Positions 27,010 through 37,489 of a stretch of DNA of 64,000 nt are shown here, one piece after another (position 1 is the first letter of the stretch; each line of letters begins with the position of its first letter). The notes under the pieces were generated by a model. That model made no database searches. It had not been told where the DNA came from and saw only the letters and a program-made list of their open reading frames with translations. The position numbers and the translations under genes were made by a program. The stretch comes from Clostridia bacterium (GTDB taxonomy: Bacteria > Bacillota > Clostridia > Oscillospirales > CAG-272): NCBI GenBank assembly GCA_017397175.1, contig JAFQKA010000001.1, positions 8,266 to 72,265 of the forward strand. Reading direction: 5' to 3'.

Positions 27010-27942
27010 ATGAAGATTTTGTTTATGGGAACGCCGGATTTTGCACTGGCTTCTCTTAAAGAACTATGCGAGTCGGGGCTTGACGTTGTCGGCGTCGTTA
27101 CCCAGCCCGACAAGCCAAAGGGCAGAGGATATACTCTTACTCCTCCGCCCGTTAAAGTCTACGCGCTTGAGCGCGGACTGCCCGTATACCAGCCCGCAAC
27201 GCTTCGCGGTGACGATTTTGCCGCGCTTCTGTCCGAGATCGACCCTGAAATGATAGTTGTGGCGGCATACGGTAAGATACTTCCCGAAAACGTGATCAAT
27301 TATCCCAAATTCGGTTGTATCAACGTTCACGGATCGCTTCTGCCCAAATACAGAGGCGCCGCGCCCATGCAGAGGGCGATAATTGACGGCGAGGACGAAA
27401 CGGGAATCACCATCATGTATATGGACGTTGGACTTGACACGGGCGATATGCTCAAAAAGCGAGCCGTCAAGATCGAGCAGGACGACAATTTTGAGGACAT
27501 TCACGACAAGCTGGCAGAATGCGGAGCGAAATTGCTTCTTGAGGTCATCGATGAAATAGCCTGTGGAAAGAACGCTCGCATAAAACAGGACGACAACTTA
27601 GCAACTTATGCAAAAAAGATAGAAAAATCCGACTGTCTTATTGATTTTACTAAGTCGGCACAGCAGGTCCACAACCTGATCCGCGGACTTTCCCCCATTC
27701 CTCTTTCCTTTACCCATACCCCCGACGGAAAGCTGCTCAAGATCGTAAAGAGCAGACTTGTCAGTTCCGAAGGTCGATGCGGCAAGGTAGGCGAGGTCGT
27801 TTCCCTTGACGGCGAGATCGTGGTTGCCTGCGGCGAGGGCAGTATTGCTCTTTGCGCGGTCCTTCCCGAGGGCAAGGGCAGAATGGCGGCAGCTGATTTT
27901 ATCAGAGGAAGAAAAATTTTACAGGGAGATATTCTCTCATAA
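27010..27942 (+). CDS. fmt: Methionyl-tRNA formyltransferase
   Basis: 310 aa with ILFMGTPDFA and INVHGSLLPKYRGAAP. Confidence 0.95.
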   Translation: MKILFMGTPDFALASLKELCESGLDVVGVVTQPDKPKGRGYTLTPPPVKVYALERGLPVYQPATLRGDDFAALLSEIDPEMIVVAAYGKILPENVINYPKFGCINVHGSLLPKYRGAAPMQRAIIDGEDETGITIMYMDVGLDTGDMLKKRAVKIEQDDNFEDIHDKLAECGAKLLLEVIDEIACGKNARIKQDDNLATYAKKIEKSDCLIDFTKSAQQVHNLIRGLSPIPLSFTHTPDGKLLKIVKSRLVSSEGRCGKVGEVVSLDGEIVVACGEGSIALCAVLPEGKGRMAAADFIRGRKILQGDILS

Positions 27943-27957
27943 TCTGAAAGGAACAAT

Positions 27958-28650
27958 ATGTATTTTCCCTTTTATTTTGATATGTCGATAATCGTGCTGA
28001 TACCTGCCATGCTTTTTGCTCTGTGGGCATCGGCAAACGTAAATTCGACCTATAAAAAGTTTTCAAAGCAACTCACGTCAAGCAGAATGACAGGCTACGA
28101 TGCCGCAAGAAGGATCCTTGACGTAAACGGTCTGCGCCACGTTAATATTGAGCAGATAGCAGGCGAGCTGACCGACCATTTTGACCCTCGGGCAAACGTT
28201 TTACGATTGTCGGGAGCGGTCTACGGCGGAACCAGCGTTTCATCTGTGGGAATTGCCGCCCACGAGGCGGGTCACGCGGTGCAGTATGCCGTGGGATACG
28301 GTCCCATGAAGTTCCGTGCCGCAATAATTCCCGTGACGAATATCGGCTCTACTCTTGCATTTCCTATTTTTCTTGTGGGACTTCTTCTGTCCTATTATCC
28401 CTTGGCGGCCTTCGGAATAATTCTCTTTTCGCTGACGGCTCTGTTCCAGGCGGTGACGCTTCCCGTTGAGTTCAACGCCAGCCGCCGCGCCATGGAAGCT
28501 CTTGAGAGCTGCCGCGTGCTGTCGGGTGACGAGCTTGGCGGCGCGAGAAAGGTTTTGCGCGCGGCTGCCTTGACTTACGTTGCCGCGTTAGCATCGGCTT
28601 TGGCTCAGATATTGAGGCTTGTGCTTGTAATGAACAGACACAGGGACTAA
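27958..28650 (+). CDS. YugP-like membrane zinc metallopeptidase (Zn_peptidase_2)
   Basis: 230 aa with an N-terminal TM segment, HEAGH zinc motif and C-terminal TM helices. Confidence 0.8.
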   Translation: MYFPFYFDMSIIVLIPAMLFALWASANVNSTYKKFSKQLTSSRMTGYDAARRILDVNGLRHVNIEQIAGELTDHFDPRANVLRLSGAVYGGTSVSSVGIAAHEAGHAVQYAVGYGPMKFRAAIIPVTNIGSTLAFPIFLVGLLLSYYPLAAFGIILFSLTALFQAVTLPVEFNASRRAMEALESCRVLSGDELGGARKVLRAAALTYVAALASALAQILRLVLVMNRHRD

Positions 28651-28653
28651 GAT

Positions 28654-29964
28654 ATGGAAAACAAAACAAATGCCAGACGGGTGGCGCTCGACGTGATCGA
28701 AAAGATCGAGAGCGCGGGGCAATATTCGAATATTGCTCTTGACACAGCACTGAAAAGAAACGACCTGTCCCCGTCGGACAGGGGGCTTGTGACGGCCCTC
28801 GTCTACGGAACCGTTGAAAACAAGATAAAATTCGACTATATCATTGACGGCATGGCAACGATCCCACCGTCAAAGATCGAGCGGACCACCAGAAATATTC
28901 TGCGAATGGCTCTTTACCAATTGATGGATATGGAAAAGATTCCTCCTCACGCGGCAATAAACGAGGCGGTCAATCTGACTTCAAAGCGGTCAAAAGGCTT
29001 TGTCAACGCGCTTTTGCGGAATTTTGTCCGCAGAGAAATGAAATTCGAGCTTCCTGATGAGCCGATCGAGCGGATCTCGGTCAAATATTCCGTTCCGGTC
29101 GAGCTTTGCAGGGCTATCATCTCTGATTATGGCGAGAACAGAGCAGAAAATATCATCTCGGGACTTTCACACACACGCGGTTTGAATCTTAGGGTGAATA
29201 CTTTGAAGATAAGCCGAGAGGAGCTTCTTTTGAAGCTGACAGCGGCAGGATTTTCCGCCTCGGCATCCGAGATTTCTCCCTTTGGAGTTGAGCTTGAAGC
29301 GTCGGCGGCACTTGACAGAATCCCCGGATTTGAGGAGGGATTGTGGTACGTTCAGGACGCAGCGTCCCAGCTCACCTCCTACATACTTGATCCAAAGGCG
29401 GGAGAGCGCGTAATTGACTGCTGTGCCTGCCCCGGAGGAAAGAGCTTTTCCGCCGCTGTCTCCATGGGAAATATCGGTGAGCTTTATTCCTTTGACCTGC
29501 ACGAAAACAAGCTCTCGCTTATTGAAAAGAGCGCGGAGCGTCTGGGTATCAGCATTATAAAAACCGCAACCGCCGACGGACGAACGGGTGTAAAAGAGCT
29601 TTTCGGAACGGCTGACCGCGTTATTTGCGACGTTCCCTGCTCGGGGTACGGAGTAATTGCCAAAAAGCCCGAGATCCGCTACAAAAAGCTCTCCGAAAGC
29701 GCAAGGCTTCCCGAGATCCAGCTTGCTATTGCGGAGACGGCAGTAAAATATCTGAAAAAAGGCGGTGTGATGGTCTATTCTACCTGCACCCTGCTGAAAA
29801 AAGAAAACGAAGAGGTGGTACGCGAGCTTCTTTTGCGCCACCCTGAATTAAAACCCCTTGATTTTTCGGCAGGCGGCGTATCGTCGAAGGACGGAATGTT
29901 TACCTTCCTGCCCGACCGGCTTGAATGCGATGGATTTTTTGCCGCGAAATTTGTGAAAACATGA
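28654..29964 (+). CDS. rsmB: 16S rRNA (cytosine967-C5)-methyltransferase RsmB
   Basis: 436 aa with a NusB-like N-terminal domain and a SAM methyltransferase core (DCCACPGGKS, DVPCSG, YSTCT). Confidence 0.9.
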   Translation: MENKTNARRVALDVIEKIESAGQYSNIALDTALKRNDLSPSDRGLVTALVYGTVENKIKFDYIIDGMATIPPSKIERTTRNILRMALYQLMDMEKIPPHAAINEAVNLTSKRSKGFVNALLRNFVRREMKFELPDEPIERISVKYSVPVELCRAIISDYGENRAENIISGLSHTRGLNLRVNTLKISREELLLKLTAAGFSASASEISPFGVELEASAALDRIPGFEEGLWYVQDAASQLTSYILDPKAGERVIDCCACPGGKSFSAAVSMGNIGELYSFDLHENKLSLIEKSAERLGISIIKTATADGRTGVKELFGTADRVICDVPCSGYGVIAKKPEIRYKKLSESARLPEIQLAIAETAVKYLKKGGVMVYSTCTLLKKENEEVVRELLLRHPELKPLDFSAGGVSSKDGMFTFLPDRLECDGFFAAKFVKT

Positions 29965-29982
29965 TTTGACGAGGTTTTACAT

Positions 29983-31068
29983 ATGACCCGAATTTCCCTG
30001 AACGGAAAAACCGACCTGCTTTCCCTCAACCGGGACGAGCTGAAATCGTTTATGGTTGAGCTTGGAGAGCCTGCGTACCGCGCAGAGCAGATATTCACTC
30101 AGTTTCACCGCGGAATTTTTCCCGATGAAATGACCAATATCCCCAAAAAATTAAAAGAGACTCTGTTGCAGTGCGCTTGTTATCCTTTGCCGACGGTAGA
30201 GAAAAAGCTGACCTCGGCTCTTGACGGCACGGTAAAGTACCTGATGGGACTTTACGACGGCAACTGTGTTGAATCCGTTGTGATGAAATACAATCACGGC
30301 AACACCATTTGCATTTCCTCCCAGGTGGGCTGTCGAATGGGCTGCAGATTCTGCGCTTCGACCATCGGCGGACGTGTCCGCGACCTGCTTCCTTCCGAGC
30401 TTCTCGGCCAGATAATCGTGGCAGAGCGGGATACGGGTGAGAGGATCGGCGGTGTTGTTATGATGGGTATAGGCGAACCTCTTGATAACTTTGATAACGT
30501 AATAAAATTTTTAGAGCTTGTGGGCGATGAAAAGGGGCTTAACATAGGTTACCGCCACATCTCTCTTTCCACCTGCGGACTGGTGCCGAGGATCCGTGAG
30601 CTGGCAGAGCTGAATTTCCCGATAACTTTGTCGATCTCACTTCACGCTCCCGACGACGAGACGCGCTCGAAGATAATGCCCGTAAACAACAGCTACGGCG
30701 TCGACGAGCTTCTGTCTGCCTGCAAGGCGTATTTTGCTAAGACCAATCGAAGAATATCCTTTGAATATACCCTTATAGCAGGCGAAAACGATTCTCCCGA
30801 GAACGCCCAAAAGCTGGCGAAGGTGCTGAACTCAGCGCTTCGGTCAAGGACAGAGACCATGCCGATACACGTGAACCTGATACCGGTCAACCCCGTAAAG
30901 GAAACGGGCTTTGAAAGCTCGGGTAAGGCATCGGTTCAGAAGTTTGCGGCAGTCCTTGAAAAGCACGGGATCCGAGCTACTGTGAGACGAAAGCTCGGCT
31001 CGGATATCAACGCCTCCTGCGGTCAGCTCAGACGGGAGTCCGCAAAAGAAAAAAACGAAAATAACTGA
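29983..31068 (+). CDS. rlmN: 23S rRNA/tRNA (adenine-C2)-methyltransferase RlmN (radical SAM)
   Basis: 361 aa with the CRMGCRFC cluster and C-terminal GSDINASCGQL. Confidence 0.95.
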   Translation: MTRISLNGKTDLLSLNRDELKSFMVELGEPAYRAEQIFTQFHRGIFPDEMTNIPKKLKETLLQCACYPLPTVEKKLTSALDGTVKYLMGLYDGNCVESVVMKYNHGNTICISSQVGCRMGCRFCASTIGGRVRDLLPSELLGQIIVAERDTGERIGGVVMMGIGEPLDNFDNVIKFLELVGDEKGLNIGYRHISLSTCGLVPRIRELAELNFPITLSISLHAPDDETRSKIMPVNNSYGVDELLSACKAYFAKTNRRISFEYTLIAGENDSPENAQKLAKVLNSALRSRTETMPIHVNLIPVNPVKETGFESSGKASVQKFAAVLEKHGIRATVRRKLGSDINASCGQLRRESAKEKNENN

Positions 31069-31113
31069 TTTTATATAGATCTCAAGATCCCCCAAGGAAA
31101 GGAAGGAACCATA

Positions 31114-31875
31114 ATGATACACTTTGGAAAAACCGACGTTGGAATGAAGCGGTCCGGAAACCAGGACAGCTTCGGAATATACGAGCTTGCCGAAAATGCC
31201 ACTCTGCTTGTGGTTTGCGACGGCATGGGCGGCGTTGTGGGCGGAGAAAAGGCGAGCCGACTTGCTCTTGACGCATTTTTTGCCGAGGTCAAAAAAGTCT
31301 GCGACCCAAAGACCGAAAACGGTGTGCTTGACGCTTCTTCTGTAAAGATCCCCATGCTCCTTGAAACGGCGCTGGGAGAAGCCAATCGTGCGGTCTTGCG
31401 CGAGGCAAAGGCAAATTCCGAGCTTGAGGGCATGGGAACTACCCTTGTCGCGCTCTTTTTCTGTGACGGTACTGCATATTCGCTGAACGTGGGCGACAGC
31501 CGTCTTTACGGAATCGTTGACGGAAAGGCCACTCAGATAACCCGAGATCATTCATACGTCCAGATGCTTGTGGATTTGGGAAGGATCACCCCCGAGGAAG
31601 CGAAGGACAACCCCAAGAAGAACATTATTACCCGTGCCGTAGGTACGTCCGAAGAGCTTGAAGCGGACATCGCGCCCGTTGACAGCGCACTTTTGTGTGA
31701 CGGCGCATATTTTCTTCTCTGCTCGGACGGACTTTCAAACATGCTTGGCGACGACGAGATCGCCGCTATTGCCTGCGGTGAAGGTACACTTGAAGAGAAG
31801 GCGGCAAAATTGGTGGAAAACGCAAATGAAATGGGCGGTACAGACAACATAACTGTTGTTCTGGCGCAGATTTGA
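31114..31875 (+). CDS. stp: PP2C-family Ser/Thr phosphatase (Stp/PrpC)
   Basis: 253 aa with GMKRSGNQDSF, VCDGMGG and GGTDNITVV. Confidence 0.9.
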   Translation: MIHFGKTDVGMKRSGNQDSFGIYELAENATLLVVCDGMGGVVGGEKASRLALDAFFAEVKKVCDPKTENGVLDASSVKIPMLLETALGEANRAVLREAKANSELEGMGTTLVALFFCDGTAYSLNVGDSRLYGIVDGKATQITRDHSYVQMLVDLGRITPEEAKDNPKKNIITRAVGTSEELEADIAPVDSALLCDGAYFLLCSDGLSNMLGDDEIAAIACGEGTLEEKAAKLVENANEMGGTDNITVVLAQI

Positions 31876-31885
31876 GGTGGCACGC

Positions 31886-34249
31886 ATGAACAACATGGAA
31901 GGATATGACAGATACGTCGGGCAGACCTTCGACGGCAGATACCGCATTATAAAGATAATCGGTCTTGGAGGAATGTCGGTAGTATTCGAGGCTTATGACC
32001 TGGTGGCACAGAAGATAGTTGCGCTGAAGATGCTTCGTGACGAGCACGCCGCGGACCCTCAGCAGGTGCGCAGATTTGTAAATGAATCAAAGGTCGTTTC
32101 AATGCTCTCTCACCCCGGAATCGTAAAGATATTCAACTATTCCGTCCGGAACGATACCAAATACATCGCAATGGAATACATCGAGGGAATCACTCTGAAG
32201 GATTATATCCGGAAGAGGGGGGTTCTTTCGTTCAACGAGATAATCAGCTATACCGAGCAGATCCTTCATGCTCTGGAGCATGCCCATGAGAACGGGATCG
32301 TTCACCGTGACATCAAGCCCCAGAACATCATGCTTCTGCGTAACGGCCTTATCAAGGTCACGGACTTCGGTATTGCCAAGGTAAACGGCGGCGATACCTT
32401 TACCATTACCGACAAGGCTATCGGAACAGTGTCCTATATCAGCCCCGAGCAGGCTGAGGGCAAGCAGATTGACGCACGAAGCGATTTGTATTCGCTTGGC
32501 ACTCTCATGTATGAGATGTCCTGCGGCAAACTGCCCTTTGACGACGAAAGTCCCATTTCGGTGGCTCTTATGCACATAAACCGCGAGCCCGTTTCGCCAA
32601 AGACCATCAATCCCGCAATTCCGAAGGGTCTGGAGCAGATAATCCTGTCCGCCATGGAAAAGGACAGAAGTCTCAGATTCCAGAGCGCGGCACAGATGCT
32701 CCGCCAGATAGCCCGTCTTAAAGCTGATCCCAACATCGTCTTCAAGCCAAATCCCAAGATACAGGCTGCTCAGAAAAAGGCGGAGGAGAAAAGGGCAAGG
32801 GCAACAAAGAAAAAGGGAAGCAGAAAGCAGAACACCTCCATGACCCCCATAATTCTCGGCATCGTCAGTGCTTTTATTTTGGTTCTGGGTATATTCGGAG
32901 GAGCCGCGGGACAGTATCTCTTTACGGGAAAGAGCTTTCTGCCGATCTTTCCCGAGGTCAAGTCCACAACGCTTATTATCCGCGATTATAAGGGAATGAC
33001 TTTGGCTGAAGCGAAAAAGATTATTGACGAGCGTTATTTTGATATCAAGACCGATCCCGAGGAGATTGACAATGAAGATGAATGGATAATCACACAGCAG
33101 ACGCCTGCCGCCGGAGACTCAAGAAAGATCGAGATCGGCAAGCGGAAGTGCCAGTTGACCTTTACTCTTGCAAATCAGAATAATACCGAGGATCAGGTCT
33201 ACCTTTTCTATGAATCCAATACGGTCACCCGTGTGAGAAACGAGCTTCTGAAGCTCGGTTTCAAGGTCAAGTCACAGGTGGTCGATGAGTACAGTAACAC
33301 AGTTCCCAAAGGCCAGGTGACAAGAACCGAGCCTGCCGCAGGGCAGTATTTGCCAAAGGGAAGCGAGGTTACCATTTACCGCAGCTTAGGCCCCTCAAGC
33401 GGAGCAAATAAGACTGTTTTTGTACCCAACTTTGACGGCATGAAGGAAGAAGCGGCAAAGGCGTTGGCCGAGGAAAAGGGATTGACTGTGTACGTTGAAA
33501 CCGCAGTATCCAGCTTTGCCAAGGGAACTGTTATCGGACAGGAGCCTGCCGCAAATACGGAGGTCGAACCGGGAACGTCGGTAACTTTGATCGTCAGCGG
33601 AAGCAGCGGCTCTATTGTTCTGCCCGATCTTGGCGGAAAGTGGGCCGCAAACGCAAAGGCTCAGATCGAGGAAATGGGACTTGTGGCGGTTATGAAATAT
33701 ATTGCATCGAGCACGACCCGAGATCTGGTAGTCGACCAGGAGCCTGCCGCATCCGACAAGGTCAATCCCGGAGCTACGGTCATTATCATTGTCAGCGGCG
33801 GACCCAGCTATTCCGAGGGCGGTAACACAGAGACGAGGAAAATGCCCAGCATTGTGGGTCTGACCGAGAGCGAGGCACAGAAATACCTTGATTTCTACGG
33901 ACTGTCTCTTGGAAAGAGATCCGAGCAGTACAGCGATAAGCCCTTAGGCACCATTATCTCTCAATCTCCCGGTGAGGGTGAGGTGATCGGATCGACCAAG
34001 ACCGTGGCATATACTGTGAGCCTCGGAAAGCTTCCTGCGGCCGAGGATATTCTCGTGGACGGATTCTTTGTCCCGAATATTATAGGAATGTCCTATGAAA
34101 GCGCGATTCCCCTGCTCAAGGCAAGCTATCTTGAAATAGGTTCCATAACATACGTTGACAGCACATACGCCTCGGGAACCATCGTTTCCATAAAGAGCGT
34201 TCGGTTGGTTGGCAGAAAGGCGTTGGTTGACTGTACCGTGAGCAAATGA
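31886..34249 (+). CDS. prkC: Ser/Thr protein kinase PrkC with multiple PASTA repeats
   Basis: I moved the start to ATG 31886, which has SD GAGGTGG upstream; the track start would overlap stp. The kinase motifs GLGGMSVV, HRDIKPQN and DFG are present, followed by one TM and then about 5-6 PASTA-like repeats. Confidence 0.9.
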   Translation: MNNMEGYDRYVGQTFDGRYRIIKIIGLGGMSVVFEAYDLVAQKIVALKMLRDEHAADPQQVRRFVNESKVVSMLSHPGIVKIFNYSVRNDTKYIAMEYIEGITLKDYIRKRGVLSFNEIISYTEQILHALEHAHENGIVHRDIKPQNIMLLRNGLIKVTDFGIAKVNGGDTFTITDKAIGTVSYISPEQAEGKQIDARSDLYSLGTLMYEMSCGKLPFDDESPISVALMHINREPVSPKTINPAIPKGLEQIILSAMEKDRSLRFQSAAQMLRQIARLKADPNIVFKPNPKIQAAQKKAEEKRARATKKKGSRKQNTSMTPIILGIVSAFILVLGIFGGAAGQYLFTGKSFLPIFPEVKSTTLIIRDYKGMTLAEAKKIIDERYFDIKTDPEEIDNEDEWIITQQTPAAGDSRKIEIGKRKCQLTFTLANQNNTEDQVYLFYESNTVTRVRNELLKLGFKVKSQVVDEYSNTVPKGQVTRTEPAAGQYLPKGSEVTIYRSLGPSSGANKTVFVPNFDGMKEEAAKALAEEKGLTVYVETAVSSFAKGTVIGQEPAANTEVEPGTSVTLIVSGSSGSIVLPDLGGKWAANAKAQIEEMGLVAVMKYIASSTTRDLVVDQEPAASDKVNPGATVIIIVSGGPSYSEGGNTETRKMPSIVGLTESEAQKYLDFYGLSLGKRSEQYSDKPLGTIISQSPGEGEVIGSTKTVAYTVSLGKLPAAEDILVDGFFVPNIIGMSYESAIPLLKASYLEIGSITYVDSTYASGTIVSIKSVRLVGRKALVDCTVSK

Positions 34250-34275
34250 TCCTTTTAAAATAAGGAAGGTTTTAC

Positions 34276-36426
34276 ATGAATAAAGATCCAAATAACATAG
34301 AAAGGAAAGAGGGCGCCGAGCCTCGCATGACGGCTTTTCAGCGCGCAATGGCAGAAAAAAACGGAAACTCCGAGCCTCACCCGCAGACTCCGCCTCCTGC
34401 AAGGCAGGAGCCTGTGAAGACTTCTGCGTCACTTGACGGACGGGTTCGTTCGGATCAGCCCAGAGAAGCTGTACGCCGAGCCTCCATGCCCGATCAGGCA
34501 CCGCCTGCTGCCACAGCGGAGCAGCCTCGCACTATGCCTGCCCGTGAAACGGTGCGTCCTATTCCTTTGACTCCGCCCGAAGGCCTGCGTCGCGTGGTGC
34601 CTCCTCAAAAGGAGACCGCTCGGCGCGGTCCTGCAGTGCCTGCTCGCGGACAAGCTCCCGTAAGATCGCAGAACACGGGCGTTTTCACACCCGTATCGGG
34701 ATCCAAGCCCGGCTCGGCGACAAAGAAGCCTGCAAGACCTGACGTAAAACCCGCGGAGATCAGAGCCGAACAGAAGGCGCAGAACCCCGTGATCCCCAAT
34801 GCGGTGCTTCAGTCCGAAAAAACGCAGACAGGCAGAAGCTTTTTGCGTGATTTCTTCAGCCTGAAGGAGGACGCCTATGTACAGAGGAAAATAAGCTCGG
34901 CCAGACGTATTGCAATATTGGTGTTTGCTTTAGTGACTGTCCTGGCTCTTATCGCCTGTACGTGGGGAAGCTACTCGGTCTCGGGACTGAGCATTCGGGA
35001 AAACAGTCAGATCATTCTGGCAAATAAGTCGGATTCAAAGAACTACCGCATAGTTTACAGCGCCGAGGATGCCTTCGGTGCCGATGCGGCGACGTCATTG
35101 CAGTCCCATCTGCTTGCAAAAACGGGTGCAACTCTCAGCATAGTGCCCGATACCGAAGCACCTGCAAAGAATGAGATCAGGATCGGCTACACGAAACGTG
35201 CTCCCGACAGCTACATAACCTCCCTCGGTTCTCTGGGAAGAAACGGCTATGCCATTATCTTCGGAGCTAACGGCGGAGTTGACCTTATAGCGTTTTCCCG
35301 TGTCGGTGCGGAGGCGGCTATCATGTGCTTTACCGACGGATACGGAGTTTCCTATCTGGCGGGGAATCTGAATTTTGCTTCATCTTCAAATCTTGCTTAC
35401 GTCAGCCGTGACGGAAGCGAGCCCGATACCTCTCTTTACGAGAGCAAGCTGACTCTCGGCTTTGGCTCTGACGGAAAATTTAAAATGCTGGTATTTTCCG
35501 ACCCCGATATAAACACCAATACTATCTCCGCCATGGAAGCAATGCTCGACGAAGAAAAGCCTGATCTGGTCATATTGAACGGAGACGTTTCAAGCGGTAT
35601 TTCGACCAAGAGCGAGCTTGAGGAGTACCTGAGGGTGCTCTGTGCTCCAATGGAGAGCCGAAAGATAGCCTGGTGCCACATAAACGGCGAGCAGGACGGG
35701 GACGCGGGATTGTCCGTGACCCTCCAGAACGAGGTGTATTCCTCATTCAAATATTGCGTTTCAAAGTCGGATTTTGAGAGCTTTGGCGCAAGCAGTTATT
35801 TTTTACCCGTATTTGCCGATTCCTCGGCCGAAAAAGGTTCGGCACCCCTGTTTGGAGTGTGGATGCTTGGTCAGACAGGCCTTATTTCAAACTCTCCCGT
35901 AGCCCCGGGAGTAAGCGACGGACTTCTTACCTCACTGTCAGGTGAGGGCAAGGATTACGGATACGTGACCCAGTCCCACGTGGATTGGTTCTCCAATTCG
36001 GCTTCGCTGATGAAAAAGGACAGGGAAAAGGGTATTCCCTCTATTGCGGTGACACATACGCCCGTTGACGAGTTCAATATTATTGCGGAAAATCCCGACA
36101 AGTGCGCCTTTGACGGTGTAATGGCGGAAAAGGTCTCCGCGTCCCCCGTGCAATCGGGACTTTTTGCCGCATTGCTTGAAGCCAAATCGGTTTTGGGACT
36201 TTACTGCGGACACGATCATCTGAACAATTTCTCGGGTAAGTACCTTGGTATCGAGCTTGGGTACGCTGCTTCGATCGGCTATGACGGCTACGGTCACGGC
36301 GGCACCTTTGAGAATAATAATTCCGCTCGCGGCGGCAGGGTGATTGAAGCTACTCTCATCGGTGAATCGGTGAGCGTTTCCTCTCGATTTGCCTTTGCCT
36401 CCGAATACGGAATTACTAGAGAATAA
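34276..36426 (+). CDS. Membrane protein with a Pro/Arg/Thr-rich cytoplasmic N-terminus and an extracytoplasmic calcineurin-like metallophosphoesterase domain
   Basis: 716 aa. About 215 aa of low-complexity Pro-rich sequence is followed by one TM (IAILVFALVTVLALIACTW). The phosphoesterase motifs LNGDV and CGHDHLN are present, but the first motif reads SDPD instead of DxH. Confidence 0.6.
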   Translation: MNKDPNNIERKEGAEPRMTAFQRAMAEKNGNSEPHPQTPPPARQEPVKTSASLDGRVRSDQPREAVRRASMPDQAPPAATAEQPRTMPARETVRPIPLTPPEGLRRVVPPQKETARRGPAVPARGQAPVRSQNTGVFTPVSGSKPGSATKKPARPDVKPAEIRAEQKAQNPVIPNAVLQSEKTQTGRSFLRDFFSLKEDAYVQRKISSARRIAILVFALVTVLALIACTWGSYSVSGLSIRENSQIILANKSDSKNYRIVYSAEDAFGADAATSLQSHLLAKTGATLSIVPDTEAPAKNEIRIGYTKRAPDSYITSLGSLGRNGYAIIFGANGGVDLIAFSRVGAEAAIMCFTDGYGVSYLAGNLNFASSSNLAYVSRDGSEPDTSLYESKLTLGFGSDGKFKMLVFSDPDINTNTISAMEAMLDEEKPDLVILNGDVSSGISTKSELEEYLRVLCAPMESRKIAWCHINGEQDGDAGLSVTLQNEVYSSFKYCVSKSDFESFGASSYFLPVFADSSAEKGSAPLFGVWMLGQTGLISNSPVAPGVSDGLLTSLSGEGKDYGYVTQSHVDWFSNSASLMKKDREKGIPSIAVTHTPVDEFNIIAENPDKCAFDGVMAEKVSASPVQSGLFAALLEAKSVLGLYCGHDHLNNFSGKYLGIELGYAASIGYDGYGHGGTFENNNSARGGRVIEATLIGESVSVSSRFAFASEYGITRE

Positions 36427-36499
36427 TGAAAAAGCTGTAATAAACGGCAAATAAAAACCGTCTGTATTTACAGAAGGGAAAAACGGAAGGTTCCTTTTA

Positions 36500-37465
36500 A
36501 TGGAATATAGGATCAAAGGAAAAATCATACAGGGCGTGGGCGGTCTTTATACCGTAGGCGATCTGGAAGGACTGACGGCTGACGGCGGTGCGGGCAAAAT
36601 GCATGTTCCCGACACCATCGAATGCCGTGCCCGCGGAGTTTTCAGACACAACAAAATAAAGCCTTTGGTGGGCGACGAAGTTGAGGTGACCTTTGAGGAC
36701 GGCGGAGACGACGAAAAGGGAATGAAGAACATGCAGATCGCGGAAATCCTTCCCCGAAAAAATTCGCTTATCCGACCTCCATTGGCAAACCTTGATACGG
36801 TCTTTGTTGCCATGGCATCAAGCTGTCCCAAGCCTATGCCCGACGCGACCGACAAATTGCTGTCGATACTTGAATTCAACAAGATCGACGCGGTGGTAGT
36901 CATCGGCAAATGCGAGCTTGACGGCGACGAGGCTCAAAGACTTAAAGAAATTTACACCTTGGCAGGCTACCGAGTATTTGTTCTCAGCTGTAAAACGGGT
37001 GAGGGCGTGGACGAGATAAAGGATTTTGTCCGTCGTGAGCTTTGCGGCAAGATAGCCGCCTTTGCGGGTGCTTCGGGAGTTGGGAAATCCACTCTTATGA
37101 ACGAGATCTTCCCCGGGCTTGACCTTGAAACCTCGGGTGTCAGCCAGAAGATCGAGCGAGGAAAGAACACCACCCGCACCACTCGGCTTTTCCCTTTGGA
37201 GGGTGGCGGTTATTTGGCGGATACCCCCGGTTTCAGTATGCTTGATTTTGAAAGATTTGATTTTTTTACAAAGGAGGATCTGCCCGAGACCATGCGTGAG
37301 TTCAGGGAATATCTTGGAAAATGCCGATATACCAAGTGTACTCATACGAAGGACGAGGGTTGCGCCGTGCTGGAGGCTTTGCGGGACGGAAAGATTGCAA
37401 AAAGCCGCCACGACAGCTATCTTGAGCTTTACGCGGTGCTCAAAGAGAAGAAAGCCTGGAAATAA
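36500..37465 (+). CDS. rsgA: Ribosome small-subunit-dependent GTPase A
   Basis: 321 aa with an OB-fold N-terminus, circularly permuted GTPase motifs (GKCEL, GASGVGKST) and the C-terminal zinc finger CRYTKCTHTKDEGC. Confidence 0.95.
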   Translation: MEYRIKGKIIQGVGGLYTVGDLEGLTADGGAGKMHVPDTIECRARGVFRHNKIKPLVGDEVEVTFEDGGDDEKGMKNMQIAEILPRKNSLIRPPLANLDTVFVAMASSCPKPMPDATDKLLSILEFNKIDAVVVIGKCELDGDEAQRLKEIYTLAGYRVFVLSCKTGEGVDEIKDFVRRELCGKIAAFAGASGVGKSTLMNEIFPGLDLETSGVSQKIERGKNTTRTTRLFPLEGGGYLADTPGFSMLDFERFDFFTKEDLPETMREFREYLGKCRYTKCTHTKDEGCAVLEALRDGKIAKSRHDSYLELYAVLKEKKAWK

Positions 37466-37489
37466 TTTAATAAAAGGAGGAGTACTGTT

